Shown here one piece after another: positions 24,438-37,401 of a stretch of DNA of 64,000 bases. Within the stretch, counting starts at the first letter, position 1. Every line of letters begins with the position of its first letter. The notes beneath the pieces are model-generated. The model worked only from the letters and a program-made list of their open reading frames with translations, ran no database searches and was not told where the DNA came from. The DNA comes from Chlorokybus atmophyticus (lineage: Eukaryota; Plantae; Mesostigma and Chlorokybus algae): positions 186,001 through 250,000 of the forward strand of contig RHPI01003244.1 of assembly GCA_009103225.1 (NCBI GenBank), written 5' to 3'. Position numbers and translations under genes: made by a program.

Positions 24438-25680
24438 TTACAACGATCCCCATGCCTGGGTGCAACTAAGTGACATGAAGTAGTGTGAGGCAACAGGGGT
24501 AAGCCTGTTCAGCATGTCGTAGGCCTGCTTTTGCCATATTGATTCGTCCCATGCACGCTTGCGGTTTGACTTCCAACTTCCATGGCATCTACCAAATTCA
24601 ACTCGAAATGGCATCCTTGTCACCGGCATGGTGTATTGAAAAAGCACGTCAAGAAATGCGTGCTTCAATTGCGGCGTCAGCTGCCAATCTGCCATCAGAG
24701 GTCTATGAAGACTGAACTTCACAGCCCAACCCTCAATGATAATGTACTGGTTGGTGTACGAAGTCTCGTAGCTAACACGTGTTTCCAGTCTTCGCGCAGA
24801 TGCAACCACCCACTGTTGCTGCAGCAATGATATTCATGTCCAATAGCTACACATGCACATGTCGCAGGTTTGGCGCAAGCTCCAAGTGCTTTGTCACAGT
24901 CTTTCCAACCACATGGACCCTGTTCATAATGAACCAACATGTTGATGACAATCAAGCACTCACATGCTTTTTGAAGTGGGCGTCAAGTTTCCTCGGCTCC
25001 TCCGCCAACTTTCTTCTCGTTGATCCACTCCATGAATCCTCTGGGAGACCGTTGCTGCCAACACTCTTGAACTCCTTTGGAGTCCTAAGCAATGGCTCGA
25101 GGAACCTATCTGCAGGACACCATCACAGTAGGGCGGTTTTGCAACAGATGCGAGCATGCGCGCACGCACCCACGCATGCATGCGCACATGCACATGACGT
25201 TGCAACCTCTACCAAACACTTCACTGTGTGCTTGTAGGAAATACTTCTCCATTCAGTATCGGACAATCTTTTCAAAGTCCTGGATCCATTTCCAACTGTC
25301 GCGGAGCACATGCCTCAACCCAAATTCTCTTTGATGAAGTAGTCTGGCTTGTTCTGGTTGGGCCCCTCATGTACGTAGACTTGTATACACTTATCTAGTG
25401 TCAGGTACACACGCTGGGAGAAAGGGCCTGCAATGCACATCGTACGCACGCCACATCTGTTACTACAACTCAGCATCAACCGCCCTTGCCAGAAGAAGCT
25501 ACTGCACGCACGACCTCGCCCTGAGCTGTTCTGATCAACACAAATGGAATCGACCAGCACCAACCAGCAAAGCTGCGTGCAGACTGTCAGTGTGTACAGT
25601 ATCCTTGCTTGGTTGGCGGAGTCCCAGGCCAGGCCTTGCCAAACGTCACGGTCCATGGAGCCAGCCGGTGTAGAGGTGCC
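24438..25680 (-). pseudogene. Intron-containing gene remnant of unknown family with an in-frame stop
   Basis: Spliceable exons give ...LRHVLRDSWKWIQDFEKIVRY*MEKYFLQAHSEVF|DRFLEPLLRTPKEFKSVG...AHFKKH|...LETRVSYETSYTNQYIIIEGWAVKFSLHRP...WQKQAYDMLNRL; TGA at 25253-25255; 5' exons are not cleanly in frame. Confidence 0.4.
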
Positions 25681-25947
25681 CATCCGAACTACTATTTCCT
25701 CAGCTACGCGCAACCCCCGCACGCCTGACGCTGCTGCTACCAGCAAGCAATTCTAACACCGCACCGGCTGTGCTCAACGCCGCCGCCTCTGCATGCTGCT
25801 GCCGCTGCTGCCCGCCGCCGCCACTCCACCGCACCCTAGTCGTGGCACCTAGCCGTGGCAACGGATAAGGCCGACAACGGCTCTACCGGCGACAATCGCG
25901 TCGCAGCTGACGTGGAGGGCGACTCTGGCCGACGTGGCACTTAGTCT

Positions 25948-25983
25948 GGGGTTTAGGCCGGGTTTGGGCTGGGGTTTAGGGGG
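25948..25983 (+). promoter_or_regulatory. Telomere-like (telo-box type) G-rich repeats upstream of the polymerase start
   Basis: GGGGTTTAGG CC GGGTTTGGG CT GGGGTTTAGGGGG, about 50-80 nt upstream of ATG 26030. Confidence 0.5.
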
Positions 25984-26029
25984 CTCTGTGTGGTGTAGGG
26001 CCAGCTTGAGGACCACGCTTGGTGGCACA

Positions 26030-29000
26030 ATGGATGGCTTCTACCCGCAGCGGCGGCGGCGGCCGCCGCAGGCACAAGAGAAGGTCTTGGGGGAGAGCCA
26101 AGGGGTGAGTAAGCGTCTGCGGGCTGCTGCTTCGCCGAGCAGGGAGGTTCCGGACGGCGAGGATGAGGACGCGAACTTTGTCCAGGACCGCCCTGTGGTC
26201 GTTGTGGACAGCGAGGAAGACGTGGGTGGAGCTGATGATGATGACGACCTTCGATTCATGATTGTTGACGTCGTGGTGGAAAACGGAGGACGCACTCCGT
26301 TGGTATGACTCATGCACTAAGCACCGAATATGAGTACTTCGCGAACTGCGAAGACAATGCAAATACAACAATGAGGCATGTTCCAATCTTAACACAGGCG
26401 TTACCTCGAGTCTGTTTGTGTACAATAACGGTCGCTTTTGAGCACGTTCATGCACGCACCTGTGAAGGGCATTGGGGTTAAACTTGGGAGCAATGCCAGA
26501 CAACCAAGAGTAAGCTAAACCGTTGTAGCGTTGCGCGTCTTTTGTTACGTGCTAGGTTACGAGGGAAAGGGNNNNNNNNNNNNNNNNNNNNNNNNNNNNN
26601 NNNNNNNNNNNNNNCCCCCCAAATGAAAACAACCAATGAAAACAAAAGTACCAAAACAATACAAACACACCACTACCAACCAACATGCTCACCAGTCACC
26701 AGCATGCACTGAGTTGTAGACGCGCATGAACGCACACATGCAACTTCTTGACAACAATCTGGGTTCATTACAACTTGCTGTAGATACTGCTCTATGGATT
26801 GAAGGCGGACGGACACAGCGTGTGCTGTCACGTAACAGGTGCAGAAGCAAACTGCTTACTTTAGTGTGGCAACCCATCACCTTGCACTGATGTGCCTTCG
26901 TTGTTGCAGATTTCCGCCCTTACTTCTGGTTCCCTGCGCCAGTACTTGGCAGTAATGGCAGCTCGAGAGCGTGTAACCAGGTAACCACTATTTCTGTCCT
27001 TGCTCAAAGTAGTTACAATGAGCTTTCGTACCTTCCTCGTACACATGCTCTGTGCAGGATGACTTGCGAGGACTCAAAGCAGAGCTTTGCAAAGGCTTGC
27101 AACGCAGAAACCCAACACTCACCGGTGAGGCGGTAAGTGTTCTGTAGTAAGTAATGTCGGTCAGGAGGCAGGCGATATGCCTTACTTTGCCTTTGAAATG
27201 GTGTTCATTGCTTGCAGGTGGCCGGCATATCATTGCACCAGAAGCAGCCCATCATGTACTATCGTCCCGATGGAGCGTCATCTTTTGTTAAGGTACGGTA
27301 CAGACCGCAACGCAGCTCATATCAAATCACTGGCATATGCCAATATGTATGGCTGTACTGCAGGTGGAGCTCTATCGTCATGAAGAAGTGAATGGCGCAG
27401 TTCGAGAAATGCTAGAGTTGGCTGGCACGAATGCATTGAAAGCCACAGATGGACTCAGCTGGCCCTTTACGCCACAGGTTGCAATGCTTAACACTTGCGC
27501 ACGCTCCTTGTGGCTTTCTCCACAACGTGCTCGTTGAATTGTTGGGAATGTTTATGGCACCTGTCCACCAGGCTTATGAGGAAGACATAGGCATCGCGCA
27601 GCGGTTTCTTTGTGACGCCAAGCTCGCAGGAGGCGCATGGCTAAGAATACCATCGCAGTCAGTCGAACCGGTGGCAAATAACGCCAGGCTCTCCCGTTGC
27701 AAGATGGAAGTCAGTCCTGCAGCTGCGTGTCTCATCAATAGCAACATAGTTTGGAGTATGATTCTCCCGTCTTAAAGATTGCATCCGTTTGGCTGGCATG
27801 CAGGTGTCGGCAAACTGGCAGGCGATTGTACCGTTGACGCCCGATGCCACCTGGCAGCTGGAAGGTCCTCTTCCCACCCCACCAGCTGCACAACAGGCTT
27901 CTTCCAAAGATGGGTCAAAGGGTGGTAGTAGGTCTGATGCCCGTGCACCAGGCAGCAAAGAGTGGCTTACAGTGCCGCCGCTGAAGATACTCACGTTGCA
28001 TGTTGAGGTAAGAACTTTGACTTGTTGGATAGCACCCTTAAGTCCCTCCTGCTTGTATTGCCTTTGGCTGTGTTCAAACACCTTCAAAGGCAATCAGCAA
28101 GTCTGGCATGACGCCGTCATCTCAAGTCGATCCTGTCGCAATGATCACGTGCCGGCTGTCGCGCAAAGGCAGCAGCGTTCAGGAGCAGGAACGACCTCAA
28201 ATAACTACTTTCACAACCAGCATTCAGCGCTCTCCTCCAGGTACGGTGTCTTTTGTAGGCCATGCTGCGACACTTGAATGCAAGCTTCTTCTTTAATTTG
28301 CTTTTGCATGTCTGCTGGATGAAGGAGGTTGCGACTGTTGATATTAACGCAAGTGTCACAATCGCAGGTGTCACAGTGCGCATGTTTGACGGGGAGGCCG
28401 TCATGTTGTCGGTGTGGCAGAAATGGCTCGCGGACGAGATTGACCCAGATGTGATATGCGTGTTCGACATCAAGCACAGCTTGCGTTATCTGTCTGATCG
28501 GTATAAGGTACAGTTGCGCTTGAGCGATTACCTTCACACAATACAAGCCGAGGGTTGTCACGGATACAGCTGCAAGTTGAACTCAACTTGCTAGGCAGCG
28601 CGGTTGGGAGTACTCGATCTTGGGCGCAGACTTAACCAAGACTTGAAAGTGAAATCTGTCGTATCGTATAACAAGAATTGGGTGCGCAGCCAGTCACGCA
28701 TGAGCTCAACATCTAACCAGGAAGTCTTTCGGGTGAGTGTCAGGCCGATCGTGCGCGTTGCTTGCCAAGTGCTCAGCATGCATCTGTTTATGGATGTCTG
28801 AAGATATCAGTCCTTTGCAGGCTGATGTTGAAGGAAGGCTGGTGTTGGACGTTCTGCGGCCTGTTCTGGTTGGCCACACCTTGTCTGCATTTACTCTGCC
28901 GGAATGCTCCGCCGTGTTCCTGAAGAAGCCTCTGGAAGTACTCAACTCGCAAGCTTTGTGCGCCCTCTGGAATGGTAAGGAGTCAAACAGTTCCATATTG

Positions 29001-32000
29001 TCTTGTGTAAACATCGTAGCCCATCACCCCTTACTTTTTGCAGGTCAAGTACAGGGCCCTCCGGATGGCATGAGCGGCCCTGAGCGTATAGCTAATTATG
29101 GGTTAAAGCGGGTAGAAACTGTCTTTGCACTGCTTGAGCACCTGCAGGTACGCTGCGTGCATACCACTTAGTAGCTGCAGTGCTTGAGGCTTTGTCATGT
29201 GCTGAAAGTGTCTCTGCAGGTAATTGCAGAGACATTAGAAATGGCACGCGTGACTGGAATAACCCTTCCTGAAGTGCAGTACAAAGCACAGATGCATAGA
29301 GTAAGCACACTTATGTAATTTTACTCATCACTTTCCCCTATCACGCTTGTGTAGGTCGCTGAACATTCACACAACGTCTTACAGGTGTTCTCGTTGCTGC
29401 TGCGCGCAGCAAGTCGTGATGGTTTGATAATTGGACAAGACAGGGTGGAGGGCACTTTGAGCGAGTCGCCCTTTCTCTTGCACCCTATTAAAAACAATAA
29501 TGCTGGTCTTCATGAGGACCCCGTGGCGATTCTCGACTTCGCCTCACTCTACCCTTCCTTGTACATGGCGCACAACCTGTGTTACACAACCCTCGTGCAC
29601 GCCGCCGACGCGCCTAACTTGACTGCGGAGAACGTCTTTACGACCCCGACGGGCGCCAAGTTTGTCAAGAATAATGTCATCAAAGGGGTCCTTCCCCGCA
29701 TCTGCAAAGCCCTGATATCTGCGAGGGCCGAAGCGCGTGCCCTCCTGGCTGTAGCAACAAGGCAAGCCCAATGCTGACAGGTTGATTTTAGTATGAGACA
29801 TGCTTTTTGGTCTGGTGACCTGGTCGTGTTGCACAACAGCCCGATAGAGCGTGCAGTGTTGGATGGGCGGCAGAAGGCGCTGAAGCTGTGCGCCAACGCA
29901 TTGTACGGGTACACGGGAGCTGGCGCTTCACGCCTGCAGGCTGTGCCTATCGCTGACTCGTGCCTGGCTCTAGGTTCACAGGTAAATCCCATACTCACAA
30001 AACACTATCAGTGGTTAGTATAGAGCGTCATAACAGCGTACAAGTACATTGTCATACGGTTCTGTTGTCAAGGTCACATTCATGGTCAAGCCGCAGTCAA
30101 TCGTAGCTGCAACCAGTTGCCTGGGCTCAGCTGAGCGTCTCGGTCGGAATGCCGATGCTTGCATTGAATCGTAGCATGGCTAAGTGCATCACAATGCTAG
30201 TGGCGAATATTGCTGCACATGGACGCGCCAAGGATTCTGCAAGCACTTCACAGCAGTTTACAGTGCCTCATGTTGATGCATCACGTACTGACCTGCTGAT
30301 TGAACGTTAAGCCATGCCAACAGTCTTGCCAGAAAGCCATGGCGGTTGTGGAGGCCACCCTGCCTTCAGCCAAGGTGATCTACTGTCAGACGGACAGCGT
30401 GTTCGTGCGTTTTGCTGGCGCTTCCGTGCAGGACGCTATCAGACTTGGCCATGAGGCCGCCAAAGCCGCAACAGCCCAGTTTCCGCAACCCATCAGCCTC
30501 AAGTTTGAACGTGTCATGCATCCGTTCCTCCTGCTCCAGGTCAACAGGTACACCTGAGTATTACTTCATTGGACATTGTTGGTGCCGCATGCGCACTGAG
30601 CTGCAAGCGAGCAAGCATTTGCCTGTATGGGAATATGCACCGCTGGTAGTAGCAACTCGGATGTTCGTACACTTGCAGACAAGTTAATGCTTCGGTTGTA
30701 AACCCACGGAGGCATTGATGCTTGATGTGTGTTGTTTGCTAATTGCCTTGGTGAGCATGCAACCGGAGATTGAATGTTCTGTTGCTGGTAGCCCGCTGCT
30801 TGTTTATATTCTGGAATTGCGCATGCTATTCACAGCGAGTGTCCAGCACAACTCAGTAGCTTTGCTCTGGCTTCCAAAGGTATGCTGGAGTGGGCTACAC
30901 ATCTGAGAGCGACACAAAAGGTAACCTTGTGGTCAAGGGCCTGGAGAGTGAGCGCCGTGACGTGCCCCCGCTTCTACGAACAACTGCTGCAGAGGTGTGT
31001 TTTTCGTGCTTTGCCCCATTCAGCGCACAACAACGCCGAGCGCAGTTATCTGGAATGCGGCATGCGGGCTTGCAGCGCCTCATGTAGGATGGATTGATGT
31101 TGCTCAGGTATTGAAAAGGATCCTGGTGGAGAGGGACGTAGAAGGGGCATTGGCAGCAGCTCAGCGATCGATATCTCTGCTGTTATCGGGTTCCGTGTCG
31201 CTGTTTGACGTGTTGATGACAGAGGGGCTGTGGCGGGTCGATGGAGATGACATTAAGCGTGCAGCGGGCTTACTGCCCGCTGCTCCAAGGTGTGTCCCCT
31301 TTTCATAATCGTGCATAGTAACACATAACAGCAACACGTTGTCGCAACACTTCACGAGCAGGAGTGACACTACGGTGGCTTCCATAGAGGAGCTTCGAGG
31401 CCCACATGCTGCTCTTGCCGTCCGGTTGCAAAAGCGCGATCCCAGTCGAGCTTTTCACATAGGTAACAGGCGCTACAAAGCTACTGCTGTTTCTGTAGCA
31501 GGTAAAGTGTGTTACTCATAACTTGTCCATTACAGGAGAGCGCATTCCATACGCGCTGCTGAGTGGAAGGGGCACCAAGCAGGACGACATGGCCGAGGAC
31601 CCGATGCGCGCTCTTGAGGAAGGGTCATGGCCCAACTATTACGTCTACTGGGAGAACAAGATGCGCCGGCCGCTGGAGAACCTGTTTGAGCATGTTCTCA
31701 GCAAGGCCCAGACAAAGGAACTCTTTGCGGGGACTCACACGCGGCAGAGACCCACGCAAAATCCCAACTTCCAACTTGAGGAGGAGGAGAGGAAAGAAGG
31801 AACGGGCAGTGCTAGGAAAGGCCAGCTGTCGGGGTACTTCAAGCCCAAACCCACTTGTGTGTGCTGCCGCCAGCCGCTGGCTTCCCATAAGGGACCCGGA
31901 CCTGCGCCTGTCCTCTGCTCCAACTGCAGGTGTGACTCACAACAACTGCCGTGACAACTTGCTTTGTGCCTGGTGTGCTTGTGGGTCAGCTACCTGCGCC

Positions 32001-32352
32001 GTTCATGAAAACCAGTATAGTTGTCCTTCAACATTGAGGGAAGAATCCTTGCACCACCTGAATGCTGTGGCATGCCAGGCTAGTTATGACACATATGTAT
32101 GATGGGCACTGCAGGGAAGGCGATGCTGTGCAGCGTTTAACTCTTCAGCAGCTGTCGCTTCAGCAGCAGCACGAGGTGGAGCTGTCAGTTGCGTTATCGC
32201 AATGCGCGCGGTGCCACTCCGGCGGCTTGATGGGCACCGTTCTCTGCACAAACTGGGTGTGCCCAGCGCTCTACATGCGCACAGAGGGATCTCGCCACGC
32301 CCGCGCGCATGCTGCCACACTCGACCAGCTGGGGCGTGCTGACTGCATATAG
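26030..32352 (+). CDS. Divergent DNA polymerase delta catalytic-subunit-like B-family polymerase with degenerate 3'-5' exonuclease; multi-exon
   Basis: [29 protein letters not shown] (Pol delta N-terminal domain); [15 protein letters not shown]; motif [22 protein letters not shown] (29535); motif [18 protein letters not shown]; motif [12 protein letters not shown] (30381); [10 protein letters not shown]; GERIPY; CysA CVCC...LCSNC (31856 onward); CysB QCARCH...CTNWVCP; stop at 32352. Intron 1 contains an N gap. Confidence 0.92.
26572..26614. other. Assembly gap (N run) inside polymerase intron 1
   Basis: N bases flanked by G and C runs. Confidence 1.
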
Positions 32353-33143
32353 TGCATGATCGTCAGTTGTAGTGGACGCTGTATGCATAGTGCCAGTTAT
32401 CTCGTGTGAACGCAAGTGTGAAGTGCTGTACAGAATGTCTTGCTATATGATTTGTATAGCAAGATAGTGTATACAAAAGATGCAAGAAGGGATTCATACA
32501 TGCAAACCTCTGTGCAAATATATTGTAGCAATTTTGGCAGACTGTAGATGGCAGGATATAACACCAGGTTCTTGTGAATGCTATGGACTACTACGGACTT
32601 TAAGCTCAGGTAGTGCTAGCAACCTTGTGTCACCATGTGCTGGCTAACGCTCTGGTAGGGAAGTACCTGCACTTGTTTGTAGGGTTTGGAGGCAACTGTT
32701 TGACCATTGTGTAGGACCCACAAAAGGACGCTTATGGCACTTTGCTCTTCCTCGGCGGCCCTGGAATTCCCAGTGATCGCGGATACTGAGCAGAGCCAAC
32801 GCCTCTCCCCTGCGCGATGCGAACAAAGGTGATACAGCTACCCTGCTACCTTGCTCGGCCTTAGCTTGGGTGAGTCCCGCGTGCTGATGTGCTGAGTTCA
32901 TGGAAGCCCTCTGTTGCCTGCTTTGCAGTGCAGGTGTGCACGTTGCTGTGTGAACACTCCAGTCATTGTGCTGTACACACAGTGCACGCAAGCACCGATT
33001 CCAAGCAGTGCGCATTGAAACTAAACTAGCTAACAACAATTGCATTCTAACGCTCAACCTATGCAAGAATACAAGTGTCCCACCACGAAAGGTGATGAAG
33101 ACCTATCTTGAAGCATGAAGATTATGGCTGAATCTGACAACAG

Positions 33144-36100
33144 TCATCGTTGTCTGACACCGATGTCCACCGATGCCCCAGCAACAAGAGCTGTCCACTC
33201 TGCGAACACGACAAATTTGCCTGCCATGAGCAAAATGACCGGTGTGTTGCTGCAGTGGCCCAAGGGGAACCTTGCCATGGCAAATGGCGAGCACATGTAC
33301 CTCTGTGCCTGCCACGATATCATCAGTGGCTGGGTGGACAGCAACAGACGACACGGGTGACGCCGTGGGTATCGAGATTGGTGTCGCCTTGTTGCCTTCC
33401 AGCGTGCACCCTCTGCAACAAGCGTTGAGTGACTTCATGGTTTGGCATGGATGACAGAGATATACTGCGACTGCAGGAGAGGTCATTACCTTGCGTTGTG
33501 CAGGTACGACTGCGACAGGGGGTGTCTTGCAAAGTCAATGACAACCACGGCATTGTCAGCTGCACTTGGTGCGCAAAACATCTGTACACGACAAGCAACG
33601 TTGTGAGACATTGCTGGAACTCACACAACAGAGCATGTTTATTTTGCATGCACCAAAACAAAAACGCGTGTAATTTACCGATTCCGTCTTCACCCAGGTC
33701 GGGCGCCGTGGACACCTAGCCCGCATCACGCCAGCGCACTGGTTTTCTTGCCTGCAACATGGCGGGTTCTTACCACTACTGCAAACTTGACTTGTAGACT
33801 GCTAGTCAGTCGCAGCAGACTACTAACCCAATGTCGTCAATGCAGTCCCATGGTGGAGGAGGGCAATGCACGTGGGCAATGCTCCAGGTGTTCAGGTCTA
33901 TGCTACCACTCCTGTACAAAAGCAGTCTGAAACCATGGTGTGGCAGGCATGTAGGCTAAGCGCACTGTTGGTCATCAAGACAGCGTGAGCACACACTGGA
34001 GTTGGACTCACCAGCCATTGTTCAGATGAAATCCCAACTGCCGATGATCCCAAGGGTCCAAGTTGATTGCATGGATAGCACTACTTGCGATGATTGCTTG
34101 ATCCTGGAAACACAACAGCACCGCGGTATTGTGTTACAGTGTGGTGAAGTTCAGTGGTGAAACTGAAGAGTTGCTTACCCGCAACGTAGGCACAGCATCC
34201 AAGCCGCTCGAGATGTTTAATGAACTCAGTGGCGGGTGATACTCCTGCAAAAGGTCACTTGGCTTTGCAACGTGCAGCAAAGGTAGTTGCAGGACGTGTG
34301 CAAAAACTACGCTTGCATAACAGTGTTCAAGGGTTTACACTGCTAAGTCCAGTGGCTGAGACTGTGCTCGCATGCAATCTGAACCACGCACTGTGAAGCG
34401 GAGAGCCAGACATATGGTGCAGACTGGCATCACTCACCTCCCACGTACTGCTGAATGCGGCACTGCGGCCACCGCGAATATCCCAGCTGTACACTACACC
34501 ATTTGCGCCTCCAGCAAACACCACCTGCAAAGGATAGTCGAGTCTGAGACCGCGTTGCCTGCCGCAAGCGTCATCAGCAAGTCACAAAGTGTGACAAGGT
34601 TAAGTTGGTTTTGCACCTGCTCATCGGCAGACAGCTCGACGGTGTTCAGAGTATCAGCACCCCTAACCGCCTCCAGCTTAGACGATCTGTGAGCTGTTCG
34701 GGTATCCCACAGATAAACAGCGCCACTCTCACTGGCAGCTGCCACCCTAACACAGCGATGCCATGGCTTAAGTCGCCACGACGATGACTGCACTGACTGC
34801 ACACAGCAGCCCTAGACTACCAAGCAATTCAACACTACCTGTGACGTCCCAACTTGAAGCATGCGACATCCTGCACCCGCGCGCGTTCACCTGGGCTGCG
34901 AGTTGATGTCCGTTGGCTTCACTTCCATCGCCTATACAGCATGCGACAAGAAGAGAGCCTTGTGCTACTTACGCATTACTCTTGTCTTTTTGACGCAGCA
35001 CCTGATGTTCACAGCAAATACAGCATCAGCTGGCGCACACCACAAGAGCTGCCATTGGAGCTTGTGCTACCTCACAGTCATTGCACTGTGCTTGTCGGCA
35101 ACTACCTGGCAGGGGGTGTCTTGGGCAAGGCCGAAGTTGTAGATCCAAACCTCCGAGCTGAACGGGCCAGCGCAGACAACCTTCACAAGGTGCAATGTGC
35201 TCAGCGAATAATAGCAACCATTGCACAGAACCTACTACTTACTATTTACTTACTACTACCTACTTACCTCGTCCTGGTTTGTGGGATTCCAGTACGCACA
35301 TGCCAAGTCGTCAGGCGCTTGTGCAGTGGCCTCCGGCTGACAGGCTGCACCGACATCACTTTATTCAGTAAATGTTGCTTGTTTGGTCATCGCATAAAGC
35401 AGCGGCAGCTCACATGTGATTGCTAGCTGTGTACACAACACCTGATGATGAGGGTGCAGGCCCTGCTGAAGCTGCTAGTTTGTCATGATTGAACACAGCG
35501 AGTCGACCATCGGCACGAGCTGCCACCAGGAGATACCCCTGCAAAAGGCAGTTTGTTGGTGTCTCAGGTAACCCGTGGCGCTTTGAATCGCGTGTGCTCA
35601 GGGCACATGCGTACTATGGAAGGACTCACGCCATACTATGCAAGGACTCACTCACGCCATCCAGCTGCCTATCTGCATGCATGTACGCTTGCTTACTTGT
35701 TCATCAAACTCAACGCTTCGGACAGTGCCTCTGCAGCGGGTCTCAGGTGAGCACAGTGACTAGAGGTTGCTGTTCAAAGGTGCTCACCCGGCACTAGCTG
35801 CAACATACCTCGCCCATCTGTTGAAGGAGAACTGTCTGGCGGCATGCGGCAGCACCTGCGCCTGCCAGGTCTACAAGCAGGACATAATGTTAGCGGAATC
35901 TGGTAGTGGCTGTCGCAATCTAGAGGGAGGGAAATGCACTGCAGCTTACTTGGTTGGTTGCAAGCAACCGACCGCTTGCAACAGGACATACCAGCAGCTG
36001 CGTGAACACACGTGTACGCCGTAAGAACATAGACAAAGGGGGTTTGCTTGTGACAAGCGCTATTGGCAGCCACAATGCATGCAAGTGCGCAAGCTTGCAC

Positions 36101-36460
36101 TGCACCTGTTGATATGCTTGAAACGACTTGCGTATGAAATAGTGCTTGTGCCAAATGGCGAGGCTGCCTTTCAGCTCAGGATGAGTGTATGAGAACCGCC
36201 TGCAGAAGTATGCATTTACTTTGCAATGCTGTTGGAGCACTTTTCACTCGCAGCACCACTGGCACAAATCACGAGCAATTGCCAAGCAGTGTCACACACC
36301 AGTCACTGCCTCCCCGCAGCGCGGAGCTGCCCTGGCGAACTAGCACAGGTGTTGCACCAATCGCATGGCATTCTGTTGACAGCCGGCACTCAGCAGCATC
36401 CTCGAATACATCTTCAATTACATCGGCGGGCTTGGGCAGCCTAACAACAAACTTGTCCAT
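33144..36460 (-). CDS. WD40-repeat protein resembling an uncharacterised green-plant family; multi-exon
   Basis: Probable start MDKFVVRLPKP; GYLLVAARADGRLAVFNH; VAAASESGAVYLWDTR; LNTVELSADEQVVFAGGANGVVYSWDIRGGRSAAF; IHAINLDPWDHRQLGFHLNNGW; AHVHCPPPPW; SVAVHPATDDIVAGT. The start could lie further upstream. Confidence 0.75.
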
Positions 36461-37401
36461 CCAGTGGATGGACTGAGCACACTGGGATAAGCACACAGAG
36501 CACAGTCGCCTCTCAGAACACTCTTAGGCGGTTGAGCAGCAGGGACGCCCTCTTCAGCCAGGTGCGTGCAAAGACCAGTGCCAGCGCTACGATGGACAGC
36601 ACCCAGAGCAGGTGTCCGAGAAGCAGCAGCGACGCCAGCCACATCCAAAACCGGCCAGAGCGAGGAGGAAACCGTTCAGCGCTGGTCATGTTGCCTCACA
36701 CAGTGCAGCAGCGGTAGTGGTTATTCACTCTGCTGCTTACACCAGCATACCCTTGCCACAGCGGTAACAGGCGTGGGTGTTGTTCCACTTGCACTCCACT
36801 GTTTGCTACCTGATTGCAATGCAACAGCAGAGCAATGAGAGCAGCCTTTGCATACAAGCAAGCAGCTGTCGAGCATGCCCATTGTGCTAATCCTCACTAT
36901 TCGTGTAGCCTCAAGTGCATGCCAACTAGCACGAACGTGTACGCCAAGCTGAGCTCGGGCAAAAGCCTGCCAGGCTCACATGATATGCTCAGCTGCCGCA
37001 CAGCAACCTACCAGCGGCTGTGGGTCTCAAGCTCAGCGCATTCGGCAGCCGAACAGAAGAGGGCTTCTACGTTTCCGCACGCATGTGAGCTCCCGTCATG
37101 CAAACCACGTTCTCCTACTCCTCCTCTACCACCTCTACCGCCACCGCAACTGCCGCCGCCTCCATTGCGCAGCAATCAACCCCTCTGCACTGCAATTTTG
37201 GCGCCAACAGGAGTGGCGCACTGCTTGTGTGGCAGAGCACAAGAGGCACAAGCAGTCTGCCTGCTACTGACCAAAACGCAGCACGTGCAGTGTTGTGGGT
37301 CAAGTGGGGTGGGCGGCGGCGGCGGCGGCGGGGGCGATGGAGGTGTTGATGAGGAGGTGGCGTGGGAGGCGCAGGTGTGAGATTTAAGGAGACACTAACG
37401 G

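Noticed and set aside
25253-25255. In-frame TGA as selenocysteine
   Set aside because: No Cys/redox context, no SECIS identified, and other lesions are present; a simple TGG to TGA mutation is more likely.
25948-25983. Interstitial telomere or chromosome-fusion scar
   Set aside because: Only three degenerate units in one orientation; better explained as a promoter element.
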